Origin: a virus
Lineage: Duplodnaviria > Heunggongvirae > Uroviricota > Caudoviricetes
Direction: 5' to 3' (one strand)
DNA length: 64,000 nucleotides
Virus record (IMG/VR): IMGVR_UViG_3300031999_000001
Location: 1 to 64,000 of that record
The notes under the pieces were generated by a model. That model was given only the letters and a program-made list of their open reading frames with translations, was not told where the DNA came from and made no database searches. A program made the translations under genes and the position numbers. Of the stretch, positions 46,155 through 55,633 are shown piece after piece. Numbering within the stretch: position 1 is the first letter of the stretch; each line of letters starts with the position of its first letter.

Positions 46155-46766
46155 TTAAGGGATATCATTATTTAACATTTCATTAAATTTTAGAATATCA
46201 AATAATGGATTAATATCGCTACTGTCCTCAATATAATTACTTCTAAACACAATACCTCTAAATTTGACAGTTTCTTTATGAAAATGATGAAAATCCATAC
46301 AATTTTTTGGTATGTTATGTTCTTCACATAACTGTTTACATAACAAAACAATACTTTTTATTTGTTCCTCTGTAAATTTTTCCCAATAACTATATCCAAG
46401 CCAATTTTTAATAATAACATTATTTTCATCACAAATTTCATTTAACCAATTAATATATTTACCTGCAGGTGTTTTAAATAAACAACCCATATTTTCAATT
46501 ACAATTGATATTGATTGTTTGTCAGCTTCTTTAATGCCAAGAAAATCACTATGAAATTTATTTTCATAATGTTGATATATAATTCCGTCTCTGGAAATAG
46601 TATATGTATTCCATTTTTTTGTTTTACCATATTCTTTATGTAATAATCTGGTAATATGATAATTGTTTTTTCTCAAACTTGTTGCCAAAACAATCTGTGT
46701 TTTTACATTTTGAGTTTTATAACGATTAATTTCTTTAATACCATATGTTGTATTATCTATTTGCAT
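46155..46766 (-). CDS. Amidase_2/PGRP-like peptidoglycan amidase paralogue
   Basis: HITRLLH ... YHYT/ISRDG ... H ... QSISIVIEN pattern like the 40141 amidase but divergent. Confidence 0.45.
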   Translation of the reverse strand: MQIDNTTYGIKEINRYKTQNVKTQIVLATSLRKNNYHITRLLHKEYGKTKKWNTYTISRDGIIYQHYENKFHSDFLGIKEADKQSISIVIENMGCLFKTPAGKYINWLNEICDENNVIIKNWLGYSYWEKFTEEQIKSIVLLCKQLCEEHNIPKNCMDFHHFHKETVKFRGIVFRSNYIEDSSDINPLFDILKFNEMLNNDIP

Positions 46767-46767
46767 T

Positions 46768-47208
46768 TTATTCGTTAATATATTCTATTTTAACTCCACT
46801 TTCATTTAATATTGTTTCGGCAATTTTCCAATTTTCACCCCATCGTTCATCATTAAAATTTGGTTTGTTTTTACAAATAACTTTAATAATACCAGCATTA
46901 ACTATTAATCCAGCACAATTTGCACATGGAAAAAGTGTTACATACATAATACAACCTTCAGTTTTTTGTCCATGTTTTGCTGCTTGAATTAATGAGTTGG
47001 CTTCACTATGAATTGTCCACATATACTTCTGCGGAGGTTCTAATCTTTCTTTAATTCCATCATTGCACTTAATTGGTAAACCATTAAATCCAATTGAAAT
47101 CACACTTTTATCTCTTACGATTGCAGACCCAACTTTTGTTCTCAAATCTTTACTCCATGAAGCTGCTTCAATAGCAAGTTTCATAAATCTTAAATCCCAT
47201 TTATTCAT
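46768..47208 (-). CDS. dCMP deaminase (CMP/dCMP deaminase zinc-binding family)
   Basis: HSEANSL (H-x-E) and LFPCANCAGLI (PCxxC) zinc ligands with ComEB-like spacing. Confidence 0.8.
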   Translation of the reverse strand: MNKWDLRFMKLAIEAASWSKDLRTKVGSAIVRDKSVISIGFNGLPIKCNDGIKERLEPPQKYMWTIHSEANSLIQAAKHGQKTEGCIMYVTLFPCANCAGLIVNAGIIKVICKNKPNFNDERWGENWKIAETILNESGVKIEYINE

Positions 47209-47234
47209 AATTATTGATTATAAAAAAAATCATT

Positions 47235-47429
47235 TCATGTTAAGTTCCACCAACGACTCTTCTTTAACGTTTTCGCTTTTATTACTAATTTTTGTAATTC
47301 TTCACTGTCAAAATCATCAGTAGTAAATTTGCCGTCAATGTCTGCAATATTATTTTTTGCAAGCTGATCAACAATTCTTAATGCTTCTTTAAGTAATTTG
47401 CCCTTTTCCAATGCTTCTAAATCTTTCAT
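47235..47429 (-). CDS. hypothetical protein
   Basis: ORF only; promoter copy I lies just upstream, inside the 3' end of the preceding gene. Confidence 0.3.
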   Translation of the reverse strand: MKDLEALEKGKLLKEALRIVDQLAKNNIADIDGKFTTDDFDSEELQKLVIKAKTLKKSRWWNLT

Positions 47430-47430
47430 A

Positions 47431-48582
47431 TTATTTCATATTTTCAAGTATACGAAATGCATCATCAAAATTTTCAATAATATTGATTGCTTCATTATAT
47501 GGTATTGCAATATGTCTTCTTTTTCCATTGGTTGTAAATATACCTATTCTATCCATATTTTCCAAGAAATTTTCAACCACTTTATTTGAATTTATAATAT
47601 TTGTGTTGTCGGCGACATGTTTTTTTAATTCTAAACCACTCATTACCTTATCGCCAATTATTGCTTTACCATTACCATACACAAATGTAAGTAATGCACG
47701 ATATCTATCTTTTTTTTGATAAATTTTTTCAAATTTTTGCTGATTTATTTCAAATAATGTATATTCAAAATATTCTCTGAAATATATACCACCAATAATA
47801 ATTAATTCATTGAATATAACAATAATAATAAATAAAAATATATTTTTAGTATCTTCCGTTTTATTACTTAATCTTGCCGAATTTAAACGATTATTAAGTT
47901 CAGAAACTCTGGCATTTAATTCAGTATCAATTTTAGTTATTTCAACTTGATTATCCCCAATAATTTTTGTATTTTTATCAATGCTTGTTTGATATTCTCT
48001 TCTTGCTGTTATATAATTTAATGGTGTTTCTGCTAATTTCTGACGTAAATCATTTGTCACCATTCTTAATGTTTCATTATCATTAAGATATATCGTTTTT
48101 TTATTTTCATATGCTAATGATATACTATCTGTTTGCACTAAAATTTGCATTTCGGTAACTGTGTTCTTAAATATACTTGTTGATGCCAGATTTTTTGAAC
48201 CAGATATTGATAAATAAAAACTTAATATAATAATTGTCATTGCAGTAGTAAACCATCCCATTATTTTAGGATTTGGTTTTCTGTTATTTCTCATATAATC
48301 ACTGGAAAAATTTCTAATTAAATATCTTTTTGTTACTTCAAATATTGTTAAAAATATCAATGTTAATGAAACTGCAATTGCAGCACCCCAAAATCCAGAA
48401 ATAAAATGTAATGTAATTGTTTTTAATAATGCTGGATATACTAAAAAATATGCAAAAAATATCGCACTTGCATTACCAATAAATGAAAATCTAAACAACC
48501 ATTTATCTAACCCATTATTATTACCTTCAAAATCTTTGGTGTTGATTTTCTTTTTTAATTCATCATATTTTTTTAAATCCAT
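47431..48582 (-). CDS. membrane protein with coiled-coil
   Basis: Several TM helices. Confidence 0.4.
   Translation of the reverse strand: MDLKKYDELKKKINTKDFEGNNNGLDKWLFRFSFIGNASAIFFAYFLVYPALLKTITLHFISGFWGAAIAVSLTLIFLTIFEVTKRYLIRNFSSDYMRNNRKPNPKIMGWFTTAMTIIILSFYLSISGSKNLASTSIFKNTVTEMQILVQTDSISLAYENKKTIYLNDNETLRMVTNDLRQKLAETPLNYITARREYQTSIDKNTKIIGDNQVEITKIDTELNARVSELNNRLNSARLSNKTEDTKNIFLFIIIVIFNELIIIGGIYFREYFEYTLFEINQQKFEKIYQKKDRYRALLTFVYGNGKAIIGDKVMSGLELKKHVADNTNIINSNKVVENFLENMDRIGIFTTNGKRRHIAIPYNEAINIIENFDDAFRILENMK
47447..47477 (-). promoter_or_regulatory. conserved phage promoter-like motif, copy I (TTGAAA-N19-TATACT)
   Basis: Invariant TTTCGTATA; embedded in the C-terminal codons of 47431..48582. 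Confidence 0.4.
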
Positions 48583-48617
48583 TTTTTAGTTTTTTTATAA
48601 ATACTAAAAAATATGAT

Positions 48618-51600
48618 TTATTCTATTGTTAACGAAGATATTCCACTTTCATTTAATTGTACATTAATTAGATAATCAGGATTAATTTCCCAATTATGTT
48701 CAACAATTAGAATCTTTTTTATATTTGTTTTAATTAATTGTAAAATTTCAATAAATTCTTCACCGCTTTCTTCAGTTAATTTACCCATGACTTCATCAAG
48801 CAAGAATATTGTTGGCTTGGCTTTTACATTAATTTGATTTAATGCAAATTTTAATACAACACTTGCAAATGTTCTTTCTTTACCACTGGCACTAATACAA
48901 TCAATAATTGCTGCAGGTCTGTTGTTATAAATCAATTTTGGTTTTAAATCATCAACATCAAGCCAAACTTTAAATGGAGCAACAGATAATATATTTTCAA
49001 GCGTTAAATTAATTTTGGGTAAAATATAATTAACTAACATTTGTCTTGGTATTCCATCTCTATGAACACATTTTTTATAAAGATTCATTATCATATCACG
49101 ATATTCCTGATTTTTAAATTCAGTAATTAATGTTTCGTTATTTTTTATTCTAATCTGCCTTTCGCCAATACTTGTTTTTCTAATGAAAATATTTTCCTTT
49201 TTATCACCTTCTTCAATTTCAAGTTCACCAATTTTAAGTTTAGCCGTGGTAATTCCTTTTTCAATTTTTTGATTTTCTTCGATTTGTTTTAAACTATTTT
49301 CATGATTATCAATTTTTTGTTGAAGAATATTAATTTTTAACTGTTCATTTTGAACTAATATAGGAATTTGATTTAATTCTGTTTGAAGTTCCTTGCGTTT
49401 ATCAACATCATTCTTATCATTTGTAAGTGTACCAATTTCTTTTAGTATTGATTCCATTTCAAGTGCTGCACTTTGAATTTCTTTTTGAACTTTTTCAATT
49501 TCCAAATTTTTAGCATTAATAACATCCTGATGCTTTTTCTTATCAATAGTTTCTTTTGTTGTTATTTGATTAGCAATTTTAAACATTTCTGTTTCTTTTT
49601 GTTTAACCAAATCATCAATATGTACTTGATGTTCTGGTTGCAACGGTTGTTTACATGTGGGACATATCTTACTTTGTTTTAAATCATTAATTTCTTTTTT
49701 ATATTTAGCACCATCTTGTTTTAATCTAAAAATATCACCACCAATTATTTCAATTTGATGTTCTTCATCACGAATAATTTGTTCGAAACCTTTGATTTTT
49801 AACCTTTCATTATACTCATTTGTTTTATGTGTTTCCTTTTTAGTTGTAAGTTCCGTTAATTTTTTTTCATCATAAGTTTCTTTAAGTGGTTTAATACTTA
49901 CTTCTAAAACTAATTGTCGTGCGTTATAATCAATTATGTTCTTATTATGAGTACTTATATCACCTTGGACTTCTTCTGCGTTTAAATTGTAAATTTCGGG
50001 GTCTATTTTGAATAATTTCTTAGTAAGGTCTTCTACATATTTTCGTCCAGTTTGAATTCTATTTTGAACATCAGGTAATTTTATTGTTTCAATTTCAGTA
50101 ATTTCACCTTCAAGTTGACGAATTTCTTGAGTTAATTGAGAATTTTGTTCGGTTGTAATATCAATATTACAATTAATTCTACTTTTTTCATTAACTCTTT
50201 TTTGATATTCTTTAAGTCCTTCTAATTTTTTATCAAAAATATCCAAACCACTATCAAATAATAATGAATCAATAAATATTGCCATATCATTTGATAATAT
50301 TCTATTAAGCGTATCTGATGTGGTCATAACAATTCGCATAAAATTATCATATGTTCCAATAATTGTTTCGATCTTCTTTTGTGTTTTTATGCGTCTATCT
50401 TCATCCAATTTCTCCAATGAATTTTCATTGGTCATTTCTTCATCGGGATTTGATAATATATAATAATTTAATGTGGTTGGTGCACCTATAATTTCATCGC
50501 CTTTGTTTTTTGTAATTTCTGTTTTCTTTTTGATGCCAAAAAATTCACCATTGGCTTCCAATACAAGATATCCCTCACAATGATTTGAATTGTTTCTGTT
50601 ATTAACAAAACGCTTATCGCCATATTTCATTCTGGTTTCGGTTTCCAATGTTTTACCAAAAAGAATATATGAAATTAATTTCATTATTGTGGTTTTTCCT
50701 GCCGTATTTATTCCTGTTATTTGAAACAAACCATCCATATCTCTCCAATCAATATCTAATTCCCCATATGACATAAAATTTTTACAACCAAATTTAATTA
50801 TATTCCATTCACCATTTAATTCATCAATTATGTTAATCTCATTAAGAATTTCTTCATCGAGAACAATAACATCATTAATCATATTTTCATCAGTACCAAT
50901 TTTTGTAAGAAATTCTTTAAAAATTTCATGTTGAACCGCTTTATTTGTAACATTTTGTAATGTTATGTTTTCGTTTGTTTGAATTTTTTCACTTTCAAGA
51001 AATTCGTTTTTATGTGAAATTATTATATTTTGATATTTTAATTTTATATATTCAGTTAGTTTTCTTTCATTTTCTTTTGTTCTTGTTTGTGGTAATGTAC
51101 CCCAAACAAATCTGATTTTCATGTATTTGGTTGGATTATTTATTTCAAAATCCAAATCATCAAAATCGGTATAAGGTGTTATTTTTATATTTTTGAATGA
51201 ATATTCATTATTGATTGGGATTTCTTCTGCAGTTTTTGTGTCAAAATGCCATAAAAGGTAACCATGAAAAGCATCATCACCTTCTGTAACATCCTGTGCA
51301 ATTAATGACCCACAATATGCTTTAGTTTTATTTTTATCCAAATATTGTAATTTATGAATATGGGCAAAAAATGAAAAATCACTCTTAAAATCACTTATTT
51401 TATAAAACGATTTACTTTTCATTTCAAAACCAGTTGTAGTCTTACAACCATTTACAGATTCATGAAATAAATCGATAAATATATAATTTTTATGTTCTTC
51501 TGCCGTAAATTGTTTTACTGCTTTTGTTTTCCAAGGATTGTTTTTGGGTTCACCATAATGCCACACTGCCCATATAATATTATCATCATAATAAAAACCA

Positions 51601-51947
51601 GTTTTATCATAATAAATTACATTTGGATTATTAAGTGTTTTAACAATTGCTTCAATACTATCAACACGTTTTAAATTTTTTTTACGACAATCATGATTTC
51701 CTCTTGTTATTCTAACTGGTGCAATTTTACTCAACGTATTAAGTAATTCATGTGCCATAATTAATTGTTCACCTTGTAAATCAAGATAATCATGAACCAA
51801 ATCACCACCAATTACAATTCTATCTGGTTTTTTTTCCTCTAAAGATATTTTTAGATTATTAAATACTTGTTGGTACTCTTCGTTGCGGGTTGGTGTTTTA
51901 CGTATATGAATATCTGCAATTTGAGCAATATGAGAAATTTTATTCAT
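48618..51947 (-). CDS. fused Mre11-Rad50 (SbcD-SbcC) recombination nuclease/ATPase
   Basis: N-terminal calcineurin-like phosphoesterase motifs (DIH ... GGDLVHD ... GNHD). A P-loop GINTAGKTT follows, then a long heptad coiled-coil and a zinc hook CPTCKQP. The C-terminus has Walker B/D-loop ILLVDEVMG. Confidence 0.75.
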   Translation of the reverse strand: MNKISHIAQIADIHIRKTPTRNEEYQQVFNNLKISLEEKKPDRIVIGGDLVHDYLDLQGEQLIMAHELLNTLSKIAPVRITRGNHDCRKKNLKRVDSIEAIVKTLNNPNVIYYDKTGFYYDDNIIWAVWHYGEPKNNPWKTKAVKQFTAEEHKNYIFIDLFHESVNGCKTTTGFEMKSKSFYKISDFKSDFSFFAHIHKLQYLDKNKTKAYCGSLIAQDVTEGDDAFHGYLLWHFDTKTAEEIPINNEYSFKNIKITPYTDFDDLDFEINNPTKYMKIRFVWGTLPQTRTKENERKLTEYIKLKYQNIIISHKNEFLESEKIQTNENITLQNVTNKAVQHEIFKEFLTKIGTDENMINDVIVLDEEILNEINIIDELNGEWNIIKFGCKNFMSYGELDIDWRDMDGLFQITGINTAGKTTIMKLISYILFGKTLETETRMKYGDKRFVNNRNNSNHCEGYLVLEANGEFFGIKKKTEITKNKGDEIIGAPTTLNYYILSNPDEEMTNENSLEKLDEDRRIKTQKKIETIIGTYDNFMRIVMTTSDTLNRILSNDMAIFIDSLLFDSGLDIFDKKLEGLKEYQKRVNEKSRINCNIDITTEQNSQLTQEIRQLEGEITEIETIKLPDVQNRIQTGRKYVEDLTKKLFKIDPEIYNLNAEEVQGDISTHNKNIIDYNARQLVLEVSIKPLKETYDEKKLTELTTKKETHKTNEYNERLKIKGFEQIIRDEEHQIEIIGGDIFRLKQDGAKYKKEINDLKQSKICPTCKQPLQPEHQVHIDDLVKQKETEMFKIANQITTKETIDKKKHQDVINAKNLEIEKVQKEIQSAALEMESILKEIGTLTNDKNDVDKRKELQTELNQIPILVQNEQLKINILQQKIDNHENSLKQIEENQKIEKGITTAKLKIGELEIEEGDKKENIFIRKTSIGERQIRIKNNETLITEFKNQEYRDMIMNLYKKCVHRDGIPRQMLVNYILPKINLTLENILSVAPFKVWLDVDDLKPKLIYNNRPAAIIDCISASGKERTFASVVLKFALNQINVKAKPTIFLLDEVMGKLTEESGEEFIEILQLIKTNIKKILIVEHNWEINPDYLINVQLNESGISSLTIE

Positions 51948-52049
51948 TATATTGAAATTTTCACAAATATATTTATATCAACCCAATAATGCAAGGTTTT
52001 TTTAAATTCCCAATAAGTAACATATTGTAAAAGTCCCAAAAATAATAAA

Positions 52050-52067
52050 GGTGTCGAATTCGACACC
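52050..52067. terminator. bidirectional terminator hairpin (GGTGTCGAATTCGACACC)
   Basis: Perfect 18-nt palindrome flanked by T-rich runs on both strands. Confidence 0.5.
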
Positions 52068-52074
52068 CTTATTT

Positions 52075-53343
52075 TTATTTCATTATTACTTCTGCAGTTT
52101 TATTAATTTCTTTTATCATATAATTTGCCACTTTTCTAATAATTTCAATATTATTTTTAATATCACTACCTTTTATTTTCCAAAGTGCTAAATATGTTGG
52201 CTGATGACCAGTAGGAATGCCAAAATGTTTTGAAATAACTGCAGATACTGCTTCGGCTTGTAATTCTCTAAGTTGTTTTAATTCACCATATGTTATTGTT
52301 CCCTTTTCAAGTGCTATTTGTACTTTAGGGTCTTTAATGGGACTGTCTTTTTGATGCATTAATTCGTGCGCCCATTCATGTACTAATGTTTGTAATGCAT
52401 TCAAACCTGCAGAACCAGCACTGATATTAATATGTCCACCAGCACTATAACCACCCTCACCACGCATTGCCTGTAGTTTGGTTAATTCAATTCCCATGTC
52501 TTGAAGTTTTTTGGTTATAATCTGATGTAAAACATTTGCTGTTGGATTATCAATATTTTCTGCATGCCATTTAGGTTCTTCAGGAATTTCACCTTTTTCA
52601 TCAATTGGTTCAGTATCACTAACATCAAAAACAAGGCATGGTTTAAACCTTACTCTTTCTACTTCCCTACCATTTTTTACTGTATCATCAAGACTGGTAT
52701 TATCACCGGGGTTAGCATCATCCTTTTCTTCACCACTTACAGTATATTTATATACCTCTGCACACCAAATAAATATTGGTATAGCACCTTGTTTTAATTT
52801 TCTATGAAATTCCTTAAACCATTTACCCTTACCAGCAATTCTTGTTGCATTTTGTTTTTGTAAATAAATTAACATTGAATTTGCAAAACTATAATTATGA
52901 AATCTTCCCATGAAATCAAAAAATCTTTTTAATTCTGCCATTGCTGCCCTATCATCAGTAGCATTTGCAATGTCTTCAATATATTGATTAAGTTTTGTAT
53001 CTAATTCTTTTGCTTTTGTTTCAGGAATATCTTGATTTACAAGCCAATCTTGAAGATGTTCTAATCCGGCAATAATTGTTTTTTTCTTGTCCTGCAATCC
53101 TTTATCTTTGAATTTAGCAGCAATTGTATTATTAATATTATTTAATGCATCAACGGCTTTTTGCATATCATTAAGTGAAATAGACCAACTATTGATATTT
53201 CTATCAAAGATAAAACCCGCTTTTTTTAATGCATCTTTATTCCAATAAGTTTCTTTTTGTGTATTCCAATCAGAAAAAACAACAAGTCTGTTATTTTTTG
53301 TGTCCTTTTTTAAATCAAGATATTCAAATAATTTATGTACCAT
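52075..53343 (-). CDS. zincin-like metallopeptidase domain protein (ArdC / MPTase-PolyVal-like)
   Basis: HEWAHELMH (HExxH-x2-H) in the C-terminal third with a long non-catalytic N-terminus, an architecture like ArdC-type polyvalent proteins. Confidence 0.4.
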   Translation of the reverse strand: MVHKLFEYLDLKKDTKNNRLVVFSDWNTQKETYWNKDALKKAGFIFDRNINSWSISLNDMQKAVDALNNINNTIAAKFKDKGLQDKKKTIIAGLEHLQDWLVNQDIPETKAKELDTKLNQYIEDIANATDDRAAMAELKRFFDFMGRFHNYSFANSMLIYLQKQNATRIAGKGKWFKEFHRKLKQGAIPIFIWCAEVYKYTVSGEEKDDANPGDNTSLDDTVKNGREVERVRFKPCLVFDVSDTEPIDEKGEIPEEPKWHAENIDNPTANVLHQIITKKLQDMGIELTKLQAMRGEGGYSAGGHINISAGSAGLNALQTLVHEWAHELMHQKDSPIKDPKVQIALEKGTITYGELKQLRELQAEAVSAVISKHFGIPTGHQPTYLALWKIKGSDIKNNIEIIRKVANYMIKEINKTAEVIMK

Positions 53344-53373
53344 GCAATTAAATATTTTTTATAAATACTTAAT

Positions 53374-53997
53374 TTACTCACAAATGATTTTCGAATTATT
53401 CTTTTTTAATTTAGTTTTTATATAATTTACCCTATTGCTAATTGTATCACTTGAAAGATTAAATTCTTTTCCAATTTCACAATACTTATAACCTTGAACA
53501 TATTTCATATCCAATAATGTATAATCAACTGGTGATAATTGATTAGAAATATAATTAATTGAATTACAATTTTCAAAATCAACAACATTTGATAATGTAT
53601 AACTACAATTAGCAACAAGCGCAATGTTATTTGTTCTAATTATTTCATTATAATTATCGGACAAATCAATACAATCATTAGATGATATTAGCGAATTATC
53701 AAGAGATGTTAATGATATTGTATTACATCTCCATTTATCAATCATATAATTATTTGTAATACTGAAAACCCATGACTTAAATTTTGATTTTGTTTGATTA
53801 AATTCTTTCAAATTTAAAAAAATTTTAATCATTATTTCTGACACATCATCATCAAGGTCATAAATAATTGAATATTTGATTTTTATGAAATTTTTAACTA
53901 TTCTTTTATACTTTTCATATAGCGTTTTTTGTGCTATTTGATTTCCATCCAAAATATTTTGGATAAGAATTGTATCTTCCTGTTCTTTTATAATCAT
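53374..53997 (-). CDS. sigma-70 family (ECF-like) RNA polymerase sigma factor
   Basis: Region 2-like KSKFKSWVFSITNNYMIDKWR and a C-terminal HTH LLDMKYVQGYKYCEIGKEFNLSSDTISNRV. Start trimmed to the internal ATG; still overlaps the primase 3' end. Confidence 0.55.
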   Translation of the reverse strand: MIIKEQEDTILIQNILDGNQIAQKTLYEKYKRIVKNFIKIKYSIIYDLDDDVSEIMIKIFLNLKEFNQTKSKFKSWVFSITNNYMIDKWRCNTISLTSLDNSLISSNDCIDLSDNYNEIIRTNNIALVANCSYTLSNVVDFENCNSINYISNQLSPVDYTLLDMKYVQGYKYCEIGKEFNLSSDTISNRVNYIKTKLKKNNSKIICE

Positions 53998-54991
53998 AGG
54001 GTTTTTGCAATTTATTAATAAAATAATCATCGACAGTTAAACCCCTTGCAGTACGTAGACTTTTAATAACTGCATCAATACCTTGATTTCTTTTAAGTTC
54101 ATCCAAGTCTTCCATTGTAGGTAATTTAACCATTTTTACCCTTTCTTCACAATTAACATAAATAGAATGCAATTTATAATATAATTCAATTGCATTTTTG
54201 TAAGCATCAGGGTCTAACAAAACAACAACATCGGGTTTTATTTCTTTTAGTTTAAAAAATAATGTGGTTGATATTGTTTTTCCCAATAATGGTATCGCAT
54301 TTAATAAAGATAACATATCGAATACCCCCTCAACAAGGTATACACAAGAATCCCAATTTACAAGACCCTCATTAAAAATAATTCTATCCTTATCTGAACG
54401 TGGATTATCATATTTTTTCTTTTTTTCAGTAGGGTCATAAGTTCTTCCAACAAAATAATTAATTTCACCGTTGTTATTGTATGAAGGTATTATTATTCTC
54501 TTGGCATATTTTCCGGTAGTACAAAAACCAAGCCGATATTTTAAAATAATATCTCTTGATATTTTTCTTTCGTTTATTAAGTAATTATATGCTTCAAAAT
54601 GTTCCAGATTTCCAACTTCCATTTGAGAAAAATAAATCATTTCATCAGGAAGTTTTACTTGAACATATTCTTTTTCATCATCTTCATATCTATAATCATA
54701 ATCATCGAATGTACCTGCATATGATTTATACATTTCATAATCGGCACTCGTGCCATACATTCTAATCAATTTTTTTAATGAACCACTAAAACGGGGTTCT
54801 TCACAACACCAACATCGAAATAAACGCTTTGCAGTATTGATTTCAAGATTAAATTTTCCATCAGAATGTCCAAGTAATTCAGCACATCTTGGACAATCAA
54901 CTTGAAGTTGTTCGCTAACGTTCAATCCTTTAACCTCTCCAAAGATATTTTCAATGATGGTATGAAATTCTAATCCTCTAATATTATTCAT
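53915..54991 (-). CDS. DNA primase (zinc-binding domain plus TOPRIM)
   Basis: CPRCAE ... FRCWCCE zinc ribbon; TOPRIM VYLVEGVFDMLSL and VVLLDPD. Confidence 0.65.
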   Translation of the reverse strand: MNNIRGLEFHTIIENIFGEVKGLNVSEQLQVDCPRCAELLGHSDGKFNLEINTAKRLFRCWCCEEPRFSGSLKKLIRMYGTSADYEMYKSYAGTFDDYDYRYEDDEKEYVQVKLPDEMIYFSQMEVGNLEHFEAYNYLINERKISRDIILKYRLGFCTTGKYAKRIIIPSYNNNGEINYFVGRTYDPTEKKKKYDNPRSDKDRIIFNEGLVNWDSCVYLVEGVFDMLSLLNAIPLLGKTISTTLFFKLKEIKPDVVVLLDPDAYKNAIELYYKLHSIYVNCEERVKMVKLPTMEDLDELKRNQGIDAVIKSLRTARGLTVDDYFINKLQKPYDYKRTGRYNSYPKYFGWKSNSTKNAI

Positions 54992-55040
54992 TTTATTTTT
55001 TCTTTAGTCCATTTCATATTAACAAAAATATAAAAAAAAA

Positions 55041-55071
55041 TTTGTTCCAAAACAAATGATTTTGGAACAAA
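55041..55071 (-). terminator. rho-independent terminator (12-bp stem TTTGTTCCAAAA/TTTTGGAACAAA plus T-tract on minus strand)
   Basis: Long hairpin preceded by A8 on the plus strand. Confidence 0.5.
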
Positions 55072-55089
55072 TTTTCATTTAAGGTTATA

Positions 55090-55629
55090 TTAAAATCTCT
55101 TTTCGCTTGCCAAAAACGGAAAAAACATAATAAGTCTATTCAAAAATGCGGGTGGAACAATAACGAAATTTTTTCCAAGTGCAATATAATTTGCTTGAAT
55201 TTCAGAAAATAATTTAATGATACTTACTTTTAGTGCCGTATCACTCGCAGTATCAGATAAAATAACATCACCCCCTTGTTTTAATTTCTGATAATCTGTT
55301 AAAATTTTTAAATAATCTTCTTTAGTAAGAACCAATTCACTTTTTAGTTTTTCATTATTCTCTGATAATTTAGAAACTTGTTCTCCAAGCCATTCAACAC
55401 TTTTTTCATTTCCTTCGGATTCTATTTCAAAAATTTCATCATTTTTTAGAGATGTGTGTGGTACACCTTCTAATAATTCTTGTACTTTTTGTTTGGCTTT
55501 TATGTCTCTTTCTTCTGCTGATGTGAGAGGTTTTTCAACTACTTTTTTTTCTGTTGATTTTTTTGTGGTAGATGTTTTGGTTTTATTACCACTACCTTTT
55601 GCCAATTTAACTAAATTTTTATTTGCCAT
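55090..55629 (-). CDS. hypothetical protein with Lys/Thr-rich N-terminus
   Basis: ORF only. Confidence 0.4.
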   Translation of the reverse strand: MANKNLVKLAKGSGNKTKTSTTKKSTEKKVVEKPLTSAEERDIKAKQKVQELLEGVPHTSLKNDEIFEIESEGNEKSVEWLGEQVSKLSENNEKLKSELVLTKEDYLKILTDYQKLKQGGDVILSDTASDTALKVSIIKLFSEIQANYIALGKNFVIVPPAFLNRLIMFFPFLASEKRF

Positions 55630-55633
55630 ATGA

